Below are positions 1 to 10,376 of a DNA stretch of 64,000 bases, piece by piece (within the stretch, counting starts at the first letter, position 1; each line of letters starts with the position of its first letter). Location of the stretch: contig JAJYCX010000001.1 in NCBI GenBank assembly GCA_021778015.1, positions 138,471-202,470 of the forward strand. The letters run 5' to 3'. The notes beneath the pieces are model-generated. The model was not told the DNA's origin and did no database searches. It saw only the letters and a list, made by a program, of their open reading frames with translations. Both the position numbers and the translations under genes were made by a program. The stretch comes from Pseudomonadota bacterium (GTDB lineage Bacteria > Pseudomonadota > Gammaproteobacteria > UBA1113).

Positions 1-1150
1 GGGCTACCGCTATAATAATAGCATCTACATCGGTGATATCATCAAAAGCTTGTAGTTCAATGTGATATTCTTTTTTAACCAATTCAGCATTGGCTACAGG
101 ATCGTACGCTAGCACTTCAACACCATAAGACTGCAATTCTCCAACCATATCGATAACGCGTGAATTACGCATGTCGGCAGAGTTTTCCTTAAAAGTGAGT
201 CCTAATACAGCAATCCGGCAGTGTTTAATAGGTACGCCAATGTGAATTAAGTTTTTGATGGTACGCTCAGCAATATATTTTCCCATACGATCATTTACCT
301 GGCGGCCCGCTAAAATGACAGTGGGATAATATCCTACTTGTTGCGCCTTATACGTTAAATAATAAGGATCCACGCCTATACAATGCCCTCCGACTAATCC
401 CGAACGAAAATGCAAAAAGTTCCATTTTGTTTCTGCTGCTTTAAGCACCTCAATGGTATCAATATCGAGTCTATGAAAAATAAAAGATAGCTCATTCATC
501 AAAGAAATATTAAGATCACGCTGAGTGTTTTCAACCACTTTGGCCGCTTCTGCTACTTTAATGCTAGGCGCTCGATAAACGCCAGCTTCTGTAATCAAGC
601 TATAGATTTGCTCAAGCACATTCAAGGTATCTTCATCCTGGGCTGAAATAACTTTGACGGTGTTATTCAACACATGTTTTTTATCGCCTGGATTAGTACG
701 TTCTGGTGAATAGCCTACCGTAAAGTCAATACCTGCTTTTAAAGGTCTCACTTCTTCTATTGCTGGAATACAGACTTCTTCAGTAGCCCCAGGATAAACA
801 GTAGATTCATATACCACGATATCTTTGGGTTTTAAATGCCTAGCTACCACATGCGATGCAGATATTAAACAGCTAAAATCTGGCTGTTTCATAGCATCAA
901 TAGGCGTAGGCACCGTAATGATAAAGAAATTTGCCTTATCTAAACTTTCCTCATCGCTTGTAAATTGAATGTCTAGTTTTTCTAAATCACTTTTTGAAAA
1001 TTCATAGTTGTGATCGCAGCCTTTTTGTAATTCTTCAATACGCTTGACGGAAGTATCATACCCAATGATTTTCATTTTTCTCGCTAGACCATTTGCTAGA
1101 GTCAACCCCACATAACCTAAACCAATAATAGCAATTTTTCTTTTATTCAT
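1..1150 (-). CDS. Nucleotide-sugar dehydrogenase (UDP-glucose/GDP-mannose dehydrogenase family, WbpO/TviB/VipA-like); 3' end runs off the window
   Basis: Absent from the ORF track because it is open at the window edge. Reverse complement from ATG at 1150-1148 reads MNKRKIAIIGLGYVGLTLANGLARKMKIIGYD (N-terminal GxGxxG Rossmann). The catalytic-Cys motif GLVGGHCIGVDPYY lies at ~371-400. AGAGG RBS sits just upstream of the ATG. Confidence 0.85.
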   Translation of the reverse strand, partial: MNKRKIAIIGLGYVGLTLANGLARKMKIIGYDTSVKRIEELQKGCDHNYEFSKSDLEKLDIQFTSDEESLDKANFFIITVPTPIDAMKQPDFSCLISASHVVARHLKPKDIVVYESTVYPGATEEVCIPAIEEVRPLKAGIDFTVGYSPERTNPGDKKHVLNNTVKVISAQDEDTLNVLEQIYSLITEAGVYRAPSIKVAEAAKVVENTQRDLNISLMNELSFIFHRLDIDTIEVLKAAETKWNFLHFRSGLVGGHCIGVDPYYLTYKAQQVGYYPTVILAGRQVNDRMGKYIAERTIKNLIHIGVPIKHCRIAVLGLTFKENSADMRNSRVIDMVGELQSYGVEVLAYDPVANAELVKKEYHIELQAFDDITDVDAIIIAVA

Positions 1151-1167
1151 AATATACCTCTTCCTTT

Positions 1168-2541
1168 CTATAACTTCCGTCCTCTCAGACGATTCCAAAA
1201 GTACTGAACTGTGCCACGTACATAACTTAAAACCATAAACTGCCTAAATCCAAATAGATTTATGACTGCAAATAGAAACATGCGTAAAATATCCATCTTG
1301 CGACGATATATGTTAAAAGTAATTAAATTGAGTAAGATACTAGCCATCATGATAAATACAAAATAGGCCCATGCAATCCCTATAAATAATAACACGGGAT
1401 AACCGATTAAACCATAAAAACATCCTATCAATAAAGTCATATAGGCTATGAATTCTACTACAGGGCCAAACACCTCAAATAGAACGTAAAACGGAAAGGA
1501 AACACATCCTACTATGCCATAACGATAAAATAAACCGAGTTGTTTATGTTCCCAAAAGCTACATAATAAGCCTCGTTGCCAGGTTCCTCGTTGTCGCCAA
1601 AAAGCCTTTAAACTACCTGGCACTTCTGTCCAAGCAATGGCACTAGGATTATAACTAATTTTGTAAGGGCGGTGCTGATCGCGCATATATTGGTGCAATT
1701 TAATTGTAATCTCTGCATCGTGTGAGAAATTTCCTTTATCATGCCCTCCAGCGGCAATTACTGTGCGTGTATCAAATAATGTAAACGCACCCGAGTAACA
1801 TAAAGCGCCACCAAAATAACTCCAACCAGCGCGACCAAATAGAAATGAAGATAAATATTCATTGCACTGGAATCCTGTAACATAACCATGAGGAACACGG
1901 GGTTCTGTAAGCAATTTTCCATGAGATACTTTATTTCCATTTAAGACATAGACTGCGCCGCCTACCAATATGCAGTCTGGATTAGACAAATAAGTAAATA
2001 CCAAGCGGGAAACCGCATTAGGTTTCATAACGGTATCTGCATCTAGCGTCATGTATAAAGAGGTTCTACAAATATTAAGACCTGCATTGACTGCATCAGC
2101 TACTTGGCCATTGACTTTGTCAATTACTTTAATGTTCGGATAATCTGTTGAGGCAAAATAACGTTTCACTTCAGCCGTTTTTATGTTATTTTTTAACATA
2201 ATAGGGGTTTCATATAAGTTGAATGTTTTAATCAACTTTGGCAGGGTGTTATCCCTAGAACCATCGCAGGATATTATAATCTGTATATTTGCATAATCGC
2301 TGTTTAACGCGCTATAGACCGCGTTTAAAATTCGATCTTCCTCGTTATAAGCAGGAATAATAATAGAAACTGGCAAAACAGTTTCTTCGTGCATCAAGTC
2401 TGCAACATTGCCATAAGCAACTTCTTCAAATTTTCTAATCACCTCTGGAAAGGAAGCACATAGCAACACTGTATATCCAAATGCCATTATCAAGAAATAA
2501 CCTATAATCATATAATCAGCGTAAATCAATGCCTGTATCAT
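1168..2541 (-). CDS. Integral-membrane family-2 (GT-A) processive glycosyltransferase, polysaccharide synthase class (PgaC/IcaA/NfrB-like)
   Basis: 457-aa ORF. Motifs: IIIPAYNEEDRI, ISCDGSRDNT, TLDADT (DxD), and FWRQRGTWQRG in the QxxRW position. Hydrophobic N-terminus and about four C-terminal TM helices. The start overlaps the upstream gene's stop by 4 nt. Confidence 0.8.
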   Translation of the reverse strand: MIQALIYADYMIIGYFLIMAFGYTVLLCASFPEVIRKFEEVAYGNVADLMHEETVLPVSIIIPAYNEEDRILNAVYSALNSDYANIQIIISCDGSRDNTLPKLIKTFNLYETPIMLKNNIKTAEVKRYFASTDYPNIKVIDKVNGQVADAVNAGLNICRTSLYMTLDADTVMKPNAVSRLVFTYLSNPDCILVGGAVYVLNGNKVSHGKLLTEPRVPHGYVTGFQCNEYLSSFLFGRAGWSYFGGALCYSGAFTLFDTRTVIAAGGHDKGNFSHDAEITIKLHQYMRDQHRPYKISYNPSAIAWTEVPGSLKAFWRQRGTWQRGLLCSFWEHKQLGLFYRYGIVGCVSFPFYVLFEVFGPVVEFIAYMTLLIGCFYGLIGYPVLLFIGIAWAYFVFIMMASILLNLITFNIYRRKMDILRMFLFAVINLFGFRQFMVLSYVRGTVQYFWNRLRGRKL

Positions 2542-3611
2542 GGTTTATGTCTCCTTCTCTTGCGTATCTGAGTATGTCTATGCCTAGACAAAGCCTCTCT
2601 CGCCGCATCATAGGCACCGCTGTATGGCTTCGGAGATTGCTGCTGTAATATGGCCAAACCTATTTGCCCAAAACACAATAATGCTTCGGCACTGTATGTG
2701 CGAACCCACCACTCTGGATCAAATAACGCTTCCTCTAGAAGATGAATCGATTCTTTGTCTAATAATAATCCCAATGCATGTGCTGTTCTGGCTCGAATAA
2801 CCCAATCATCATCATACATAAAATTTCGAAGTCGACTAATATCTTTAACCTTAATTAAATAGTCTAATGCAACTACTCGTAAATCAATAAAATTACTATA
2901 TAGATCTGCTTCTAACTCTCTTATAACCTCATCTTTGGAGGGTAACAATAATAATAATCTATAACAAAGCGTACGAACAGAATGCGATTTTTCTTTTTCT
3001 AAACAATTTAACAATGCCTCTGTAAGCATAGGTCTTTCTTCTAGAATCATGCTTGCAATTGCGTCCTGCTGAAACCACTTCCAATGTGCTAAATGGGAAA
3101 TTACTTTTTCCAATAATTTGGTCGAGCCATGTTTAAAAGAAACTCGGGCAGCATTCAAGGATACTAACAGCACAGGATGTGATATAGCTTTTAGCAAATA
3201 ATGCTCATCTTCTGGATCAAATTGATAATAAAAACATTCTATTGCATAATATTTTTTTAGATAATTGTGCTTGCGAATTAATTTTTTTCCGGTTGGCAAC
3301 AGAACCTCTTTCCTTATTTTATTATAGAATAACGATTCAGATTGAATCTTTTCTTTACTTTGTTTCATCAGCATTAACACCCAAACGATTCTTTTTTGCA
3401 TATTTTTTATTTTGTCGTCTGTTAATAGACTTGTGTCACGCTCAGCTTCATGCCAAAAGGCCGTCCAATTTTCTTTTGTTCTTTTTCGAACAAGTCTCTT
3501 TATAACGAAGTAGCCTTTGAATAGATATGCGGATACAAGCATCAATACAACTAAGCTGACTTCAATCATAAATATAGTTTCAGCAATAGGAATAAATTCT
3601 GTGCGTGTCAT
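2538..3611 (-). CDS. Membrane-anchored HEAT-repeat protein, accessory subunit of the polysaccharide synthase operon
   Basis: 357-aa ORF with one N-terminal TM segment (IFMIEVSLVVLMLVSAYLF). C-terminal HEAT/PBS-lyase-type repeats (DDDWVIRARTAHALGLL, DPEWWVRTYSAEALLCFG). Its stop overlaps the GT2 start (ATGA), implying translational coupling. Confidence 0.6.
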   Translation of the reverse strand: MTRTEFIPIAETIFMIEVSLVVLMLVSAYLFKGYFVIKRLVRKRTKENWTAFWHEAERDTSLLTDDKIKNMQKRIVWVLMLMKQSKEKIQSESLFYNKIRKEVLLPTGKKLIRKHNYLKKYYAIECFYYQFDPEDEHYLLKAISHPVLLVSLNAARVSFKHGSTKLLEKVISHLAHWKWFQQDAIASMILEERPMLTEALLNCLEKEKSHSVRTLCYRLLLLLPSKDEVIRELEADLYSNFIDLRVVALDYLIKVKDISRLRNFMYDDDWVIRARTAHALGLLLDKESIHLLEEALFDPEWWVRTYSAEALLCFGQIGLAILQQQSPKPYSGAYDAAREALSRHRHTQIRKRRRHKP

Positions 3612-3624
3612 TCTTATCTTACCT

Positions 3625-5337
3625 TTAACTAAAACGCATGCTTAAATTCAACCCACCGCTGTATAGAGTGAGAACTGTTCCAGATGGATAAACCAATCTT
3701 TCATACATAGGGCCTATGCTCACTACATAACGATGATTGTCGATAGGAAAATTTAATTTAGCGTGTACATAGTTATTCTGCACTTTAATTAAAGCGGCTA
3801 CTGTTAGATCTGGCAGGTCTGGGCTGTGTCCTGTCCCTCCGCTAAGTTCTAGATAAAAATCTGGCGAACCAAAATGGCGGCGTGCTTTTAACGTATATAG
3901 AGTCGATCGTGGACCACCATTACTAGGCACAAAGTAATAGGGCCTAAAACTAAACCAATACTCTTTTATTGGTTTAGACAGAGAAGCCGTGTAGGTATTA
4001 ATATAGGTTGCGCCCAAGTTTCGATATTTTTCTCCCAATGAAAAATCCACTACATGAGGAATATTAGCATAAGCTTCAGCGCCTACTAAATAGTGCGGAA
4101 ATAACGCTTCTTGATCAGAATATGCCGTTACAAGTTCAAAATAAAGATAGCGATTTATCTTTGGATCAAATTGGAGCTCAGCTTGCGTACCCGAAAGTCC
4201 CAAACGATTGGCATAATTACCGCGCGCTTGTAGATAACCATAGGTTGTATCAGCACCCAAATAGAGACTATCATAGTACCACTTTTGATTTGTACTAGCC
4301 TCTTGATTCACATTAGAGACATTCGCCCCCCAACTATATGCACCCACTTTATAGGGTCCTACACCATATTGAGGTGGAGTATTGCGTACTTCTGTTAGCA
4401 AATTTTGTGCTTTTTCATCTTGGGGGTTTATCGTTAATACTTGTTGTAGGGTCTTTACACTTGCTACCGTATCGCCATTCTCAAATTCAATATAAGCCTT
4501 TTTCTTGAGTAAGACTTCATTCTGTGGTTCTAAAGCTAAACCTTCATTAACCAAAACTAATGCTTTTTGCCACTGCTTTAATGCTATTTCAGCATGGATC
4601 AGCAACACCCGTATATCTAAATCCCGTGGATATTGTGCCAGTACGGGCTCTAATATTTGTTCTACTGCAACATGATCTTTCTCATGGTTTTTAATCCTGG
4701 CTAATGCTAAAAATCCGTCCACATCATGCGGATAGTGTTGTACGTAAATTTTTGCGCTGCTTTCTGCTTGCTGCCATTGGTCTTGTGCAGTAAGTGCCTT
4801 GATATCCGCTAAAGTAGGTCCCGTGCTCACAGCTTTACTTGGTGCTTTGCTAGATGCTTTCGTTACCACGCTCGGCACTTTTTTTGCACTTGCCACCTTA
4901 TTAGTATTTATAGACTGAATATCGGCCTTTTTCTTCAGTAAAACGGTATTCTGTGGTTCTAGGACCAAACCGTCCTCCACCAAAGCCAATGCTTTTTGAT
5001 TGTTGTTTAATGTTATTTCAGCATTGATCAGTAACAGCCGTATATCCAAATACCGTGGATATTGTGCCAGTGCAGGCTGTAATATTTGCTCTACTGCCGC
5101 ATAATCTTTTTCATGGTTTTTGATAATAGCCAATTCTAATGAGCCATCCACATCTTTTGGATAGTGTTGTATGTAAACTTGTGCGCTGTTTTCTGCTTGT
5201 TGCCATTGGCCTTGTGCAATCAGGGCTTTGATATCGTCTAAAGTAGGTACGGTGTCTGCTGTGGCAAAGCCTAACAGCATAGCTAGGCATATTAATAAAA
5301 GCAAATAGATCGCTTTTTTTCTAAACTCTATCAACAT
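3625..5337 (-). CDS. Outer-membrane polysaccharide export protein: signal peptide, TPR region, C-terminal beta-barrel (PgaA/NfrA/YaiO-like architecture)
   Basis: 570-aa ORF. Signal peptide MLIEFRKKAIYLLLLICLAMLLGFATA. Duplicated TPR-like helical units, then a Tyr/Gly-rich alternating C-terminal half ending in ...LNLSMRFS (aromatic penultimate residue, typical of OM barrels). Confidence 0.6.
   Translation of the reverse strand: MLIEFRKKAIYLLLLICLAMLLGFATADTVPTLDDIKALIAQGQWQQAENSAQVYIQHYPKDVDGSLELAIIKNHEKDYAAVEQILQPALAQYPRYLDIRLLLINAEITLNNNQKALALVEDGLVLEPQNTVLLKKKADIQSINTNKVASAKKVPSVVTKASSKAPSKAVSTGPTLADIKALTAQDQWQQAESSAKIYVQHYPHDVDGFLALARIKNHEKDHVAVEQILEPVLAQYPRDLDIRVLLIHAEIALKQWQKALVLVNEGLALEPQNEVLLKKKAYIEFENGDTVASVKTLQQVLTINPQDEKAQNLLTEVRNTPPQYGVGPYKVGAYSWGANVSNVNQEASTNQKWYYDSLYLGADTTYGYLQARGNYANRLGLSGTQAELQFDPKINRYLYFELVTAYSDQEALFPHYLVGAEAYANIPHVVDFSLGEKYRNLGATYINTYTASLSKPIKEYWFSFRPYYFVPSNGGPRSTLYTLKARRHFGSPDFYLELSGGTGHSPDLPDLTVAALIKVQNNYVHAKLNFPIDNHRYVVSIGPMYERLVYPSGTVLTLYSGGLNLSMRFS
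4483..5251 (-). repeat. In-frame tandem duplication (offset exactly 429 nt = 143 codons) inside the TPR protein gene
   Basis: gatatcgtctaaagtaggta at 5230 and gatatccgctaaagtaggtc at 4801 (offset 429). Protein segments TLDDIKALIAQGQWQQAENSAQVYIQHYPKDVDG... and TLADIKALTAQDQWQQAESSAKIYVQHYPHDVDG... stay collinear for ~110 aa. Confidence 0.9.
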
Positions 5338-5357
5338 CCAAACATCCTTGATATTAA

Positions 5358-6335
5358 TTATTTTGTTTTATTGGCTCGCTTTCTATCGACCAAATCTTGA
5401 ATGGTTTCCTTTAATGCCCAGCGGTGTTGATAACCCGTTAATCTATAAAATTTTTCTAAATTTGGCTTGCGTCTTTGAATATCAACAAAGACTTCGCCAT
5501 AGGCTTCTTCATAAGGAATATGGGTGATAGACGAATCGCTATGGGCGATCTCTTTTACGAGTTCGGCCAGAGAATTGATTGAAATTTCAGTATCGTTGCC
5601 CACATTAACAATCTCGCCTACACTGGCTGCTTGGTTGGCCAGGCGATCTAAGGCTTCTACCGTATCGCGCACATCACAGAAAGAACGGCTTTGCTGACCA
5701 TCTCCATATACGGTAATAGGCTTAGCTGACACGGCCTGCTCTATAAAACGCGGCAATACCATACCATAACGGCCTGATTGCCTAGAACCTACGGTATTAA
5801 AGAATCGCACGGAAGTGATGGGTAAACCCTTATTTTGTGCATAAGACAAACCAAAAGCCTCATTGCTCACCTTGCTGATAGCATAATTCCAACGCGAATG
5901 CGCAGCCGGTTCAATCAGTACATCATCGGTTTCAGAAAAGGCCGCGGTTAGTCCTTGGCCATAGACCTCCGAACTAGAAGCAATCAAGATGCGTGGCTTA
6001 TGTCCGGATTGATCGGCTATACGTAATAGCCGCTCACAGCTGAGAATATTGGTATTTAACACTTGAATGGGGTCGGCGATAACTCTATAAACACCTACTA
6101 CAGCCGCCATATGATAAATGCGGTCAGCCCAAGAAACTGCGGATTCTAGGTCGGGCCAAGTTACAATATCGGCTTCATCAAAGCGAAATTTTGGGTTATC
6201 TTTAAAGTGCGCCACATTCTCAATACGGCCCGTGCTTAAGTCATCCACAACGCGCACCGAATGGCCCTTATTCATATGATAATCTACTAGATGAGAGCCT
6301 ATAAAACCACACCCTCCCGTGATGAGCACTTTCAC
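5358..6335 (-). CDS. NAD-dependent epimerase/dehydratase (extended SDR; UDP-sugar decarboxylase/dehydratase-like)
   Basis: 325 aa. N-terminal GGCGFIGSHLVD Rossmann motif, SSSEVYG, YAISK (YxxxK). Confidence 0.8.
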   Translation of the reverse strand: MKVLITGGCGFIGSHLVDYHMNKGHSVRVVDDLSTGRIENVAHFKDNPKFRFDEADIVTWPDLESAVSWADRIYHMAAVVGVYRVIADPIQVLNTNILSCERLLRIADQSGHKPRILIASSSEVYGQGLTAAFSETDDVLIEPAAHSRWNYAISKVSNEAFGLSYAQNKGLPITSVRFFNTVGSRQSGRYGMVLPRFIEQAVSAKPITVYGDGQQSRSFCDVRDTVEALDRLANQAASVGEIVNVGNDTEISINSLAELVKEIAHSDSSITHIPYEEAYGEVFVDIQRRKPNLEKFYRLTGYQHRWALKETIQDLVDRKRANKTK

Positions 6336-6402
6336 TTAACATCTCCCTGTCAGTTTAATACCGAAGTATATACTTTATGTGTAGAATTAAGCAAATGTAT
6401 GC

Positions 6403-7356
6403 CTATTGCAAATCCCATAAAGCCTGCAATCCGGACTGAAATGGTACTAAACTCACTATACCCGCCGCTTTTGCTTTTGTCGGATCCCCTAAAGCAGCCA
6501 TAATGTCACCGGCACGGGGCGCTGCATTCTCAACCAACACAGGCATATGATTCATTTTCTCTAATAGTTTGATCAAATGATTAATACTCACTGTTGTGCC
6601 GGTGCAGACATTAAAAACAGCCGCTTCGTTGCTTATTGTTTTCATGAAGAATAAACAATGTTGCACCACATCACTCACATGCACAAAATCGCGTGTTTGC
6701 TCACCAGAACCAAAAACCGTTAAAGGCAAGCCCTTTTGAATGCGTTCGATAAAAATAGGGATTACACCGGAATCGATGGTACCTGGGCGTTGCCTAGGTC
6801 CATACACATTGAAAAAACGCAATCCCACCGTAGGGATCTGATAAATAGCATTGGCAACCTTAGCATGCAATTCACACCCCAACTTATCGGCACCATAGGC
6901 AGATAAGGGGCTTGCTTTTAAGTCTTCATATAGCGCTTCTGTACCAAAATCACCATAAACCGCACACGAAGAAGCATATACAACTGGGATCATTTGTCCG
7001 CTTTTTTGTATTGCGTCAAACAAGGATATCGTTGCCGTTAAATTGATTAAATGGGTACCCACCCAATCATCCTTGCAAACTACCATTCCCAAGCGCGCAG
7101 CTAAATGAAAACAACCGGAAACACCTTCTAAACATTTTAATACTAAGGCTTGATCGGCAATACTGCCTTTCACAAAAGACAAATTATCGCGTTTGGGCGT
7201 AGCGACAGACCCTTCTATATAATCTGGATAAATATTTTCTAAACGCCCTGTACTCAGATCATCTAGCACCACCACGCTATGGCCTTGCGCCAATAAGGCA
7301 TCGACTAAATGAGAACCTATAAAACCAGCGCCCCCAGTCACTAAAAATTTTTTCAT
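6403..7356 (-). CDS. NAD-dependent nucleotide-sugar epimerase (extended SDR; WbpP/TviC-like by context)
   Basis: 317 aa. GGAGFIGSHLVD, YASSCAVYG, YGADK (YxxxK). First gene of the minus-strand operon that ends with a WbpO/TviB-like dehydrogenase. Confidence 0.75.
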   Translation of the reverse strand: MKKFLVTGGAGFIGSHLVDALLAQGHSVVVLDDLSTGRLENIYPDYIEGSVATPKRDNLSFVKGSIADQALVLKCLEGVSGCFHLAARLGMVVCKDDWVGTHLINLTATISLFDAIQKSGQMIPVVYASSCAVYGDFGTEALYEDLKASPLSAYGADKLGCELHAKVANAIYQIPTVGLRFFNVYGPRQRPGTIDSGVIPIFIERIQKGLPLTVFGSGEQTRDFVHVSDVVQHCLFFMKTISNEAAVFNVCTGTTVSINHLIKLLEKMNHMPVLVENAAPRAGDIMAALGDPTKAKAAGIVSLVPFQSGLQALWDLQ

Positions 7357-7569
7357 GGATATCGCCCTTCTAAGCTAAATAGAGAACCTACCGCAGTTTA
7401 AATTAAAATCCGTCAAAGCGCAAAAAGGCCTAAGCTATGCATAATTTCCTTATAAAGTTAAGGTTTGAGTGGATTTGTCTTTTGGTTATGTTTTAAACAA
7501 ACCTGCCCTTTTAAGCTGGGCAAAAAATGAGCTTTTTTGTTTTATACGCACAAATTAACCCAATCCCCC

Positions 7570-7598
7570 TTGCTATTTAGCCGCAAATCCACTACGAT
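7570..7598 (+). promoter_or_regulatory. Sigma70-type promoter for tRNA-Asn
   Basis: TTGCTA (7570-7575), 17-nt spacer, TACGAT (7593-7598), ending 13 nt before the tRNA 5' end. Confidence 0.5.
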
Positions 7599-7611
7599 AG
7601 CGCCTTGTTGT

Positions 7612-8335
<724 letters not shown>

Positions 8336-8343
8336 ATTGGATA

Positions 8344-9375
8344 CTAGATCCCCGCCTTCGGCGAGGATGACAAGCCGGTTACTATTTCTTTGACTAATCC
8401 GGGTCCTTCATAAATTAATCCACTATACAATTGTAACAATTTAGCGCCCGCTGCGCACTTACGTTTAGCATCGTCCAAGGACATAATACCGCCCACGCCT
8501 ACTAAGGGAATAGCCTCTCCTAAAGCACTATAAAATGCGGTCAATACTGCATCGGCACGAGCGCTTAAAGCACGGCCACTGATCCCCCCGGGTTGATCAC
8601 GCCACTCAACTGGCACATTATCGCGATTGATCGTCGTGTTGGTGGTCACAATAGCATCCATTTTCTGTGTGCAGAAAATATCGGCTAACACTTTAATCTC
8701 TTCATTGCTTAAATCCGGCGCTACCTTAATCCACAAAGGTACATAGCGTTGACTACGATCGGCATAATCTCTTTGTGCTTTTTTTAATCCAGCTAACAGC
8801 TGGCGGCAATAATCTCCGTGTTGTAGCTCGCGTAAACCTACCGTATTGGGGGAAGAAATATTAATGGTGACATAGTCACAAAAAGGCGCCGCCTTATTGA
8901 AACAATAGAGATAATCTTGAAGCGCATCTTCTAAGGCCGTATTCGTGTTTTTACCAATGTTCACGCCCACAATTTGACCCGCGGGTCTTTTCTTGAGGTT
9001 TTCGACCAAGTAATCCACCCCTTGATTACAAAAGCCCATACGGTTTAATAAGGATTGCTGGTCCGGCAAACGAAACAAGCGTGGCTTAGGATTTCCAGGT
9101 TGCGCCTTAGGTGTAATGGCGCCCACTTCAATAAAACCAAAGCCTAAATGAAACAAAGCGGGTAAATGGGCGGCATGATTGTCAAAACCCGCAGCCAAGC
9201 CCACCGGATTTGGAAAAGATAAGCCAGAGACTTGCACGGGTGTTTGTCGCGCCCATTTTGGATATGTATTGACCACTTTTGCTTGCAAATCCAATAGCCC
9301 TAAGACTAGATGATGCACCCTTTCAGGAGGCCACCTAAATAGTAAAGGTCTTATTATTTCGTATAATTTTTTCAT
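8344..9375 (-). CDS. pyrD: Dihydroorotate dehydrogenase (quinone), class 2
   Basis: 343 aa. N-terminal membrane-association helix, FPNPVGLAAGFD, GFIEVGAITP, NISSPNT, GVGGI motifs. Confidence 0.9.
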   Translation of the reverse strand: MKKLYEIIRPLLFRWPPERVHHLVLGLLDLQAKVVNTYPKWARQTPVQVSGLSFPNPVGLAAGFDNHAAHLPALFHLGFGFIEVGAITPKAQPGNPKPRLFRLPDQQSLLNRMGFCNQGVDYLVENLKKRPAGQIVGVNIGKNTNTALEDALQDYLYCFNKAAPFCDYVTINISSPNTVGLRELQHGDYCRQLLAGLKKAQRDYADRSQRYVPLWIKVAPDLSNEEIKVLADIFCTQKMDAIVTTNTTINRDNVPVEWRDQPGGISGRALSARADAVLTAFYSALGEAIPLVGVGGIMSLDDAKRKCAAGAKLLQLYSGLIYEGPGLVKEIVTGLSSSPKAGI

Positions 9376-9457
9376 TTTCTGCTTTCTTCATCTACATTTT
9401 AGCGCTAAGAGTATATAAAGAAGTGGGCCCTATGTACAGTTATTGTTGCTTCAAAGC

Positions 9458-10315
9458 CTATCCTACAGAATAGGTCAAACCTGCTGAAATCATTTGTGCA
9501 TGAATGGCTGGGGTACTTAATAAATAGCTATAATAAATATCGGCCGTCATGCTATGTGAAACGGTATACCCCGCGCCTAAACCGACTATAGGGCGTATCA
9601 TATCATGATGATCACTGGCACCATCGCTAACTAATCCTTGATCGCTGGCACGTATATCCGTGCTAATCAAGGCTTCGCCCTCTTTCAGCAATAAATTTAG
9701 ATTCCGCGTTAAAGGCACACTTTGTCTTGCAATCATTTCATAGGCATTACTTTTAGGCATATGCATGTAATTATTGTATTGCATGTCGGTCATTTGATGA
9801 ATATTGCCCAGTGTAAAACGTGAGTAACGCTCTTCTAAAGCAAAATAATCGTTAAAATGATAGCCTACATAGATTCGCCCGCCGGGGTCGTTGTTATTGA
9901 CTAAATTGACGGGTACATTCATAACTTCCATATTGTCTCCCATTCCATGCAATTTTGGATTTTGCATAAATAGGTAATCGGTGGCATTTAAACGTGCGCT
10001 ATAATTTGCTTGCGCCCCTAAATAAAGCCCATTGTTTAACACCATTATTTTAGACATGGAACTGGTAAATGCATTGGCATTAGCGTTCAAGAGCACAGGC
10101 ACATCTTTATTCAGTGTAGGATGTGGTGATAACGCAGCAAGACCAGGCACAGAATAGCCATATCGCGTATAAAGTTCATACGCCGTAGGCTTGATAGTAC
10201 AACTATCCTCAAAAGTAGAACAGTTTGTATAAGGCACGCCTATGCCAGCACGAACTGTCATTGCCACCAAACTAAAGAATACAAATACTAATTTTTTAAT
10301 AGTTTTTATAACCAT
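9458..10315 (-). CDS. Putative outer-membrane beta-barrel protein (signal peptide; family not recognised)
   Basis: 285 aa. Signal peptide MVIKTIKKLVFVFFSLVAMTVRA. Alternating aromatic/Gly-rich strands (GLGAGYTVSHSMTADIYYSYLL, ISAGLTYSVG at the C-terminus). Confidence 0.45.
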   Translation of the reverse strand: MVIKTIKKLVFVFFSLVAMTVRAGIGVPYTNCSTFEDSCTIKPTAYELYTRYGYSVPGLAALSPHPTLNKDVPVLLNANANAFTSSMSKIMVLNNGLYLGAQANYSARLNATDYLFMQNPKLHGMGDNMEVMNVPVNLVNNNDPGGRIYVGYHFNDYFALEERYSRFTLGNIHQMTDMQYNNYMHMPKSNAYEMIARQSVPLTRNLNLLLKEGEALISTDIRASDQGLVSDGASDHHDMIRPIVGLGAGYTVSHSMTADIYYSYLLSTPAIHAQMISAGLTYSVG

Positions 10316-10376
10316 ATTGAGAGTACATACCTAAGCTTTTTTATAGGGGCGGTTCAAAAACCACCCTACAAATTTA

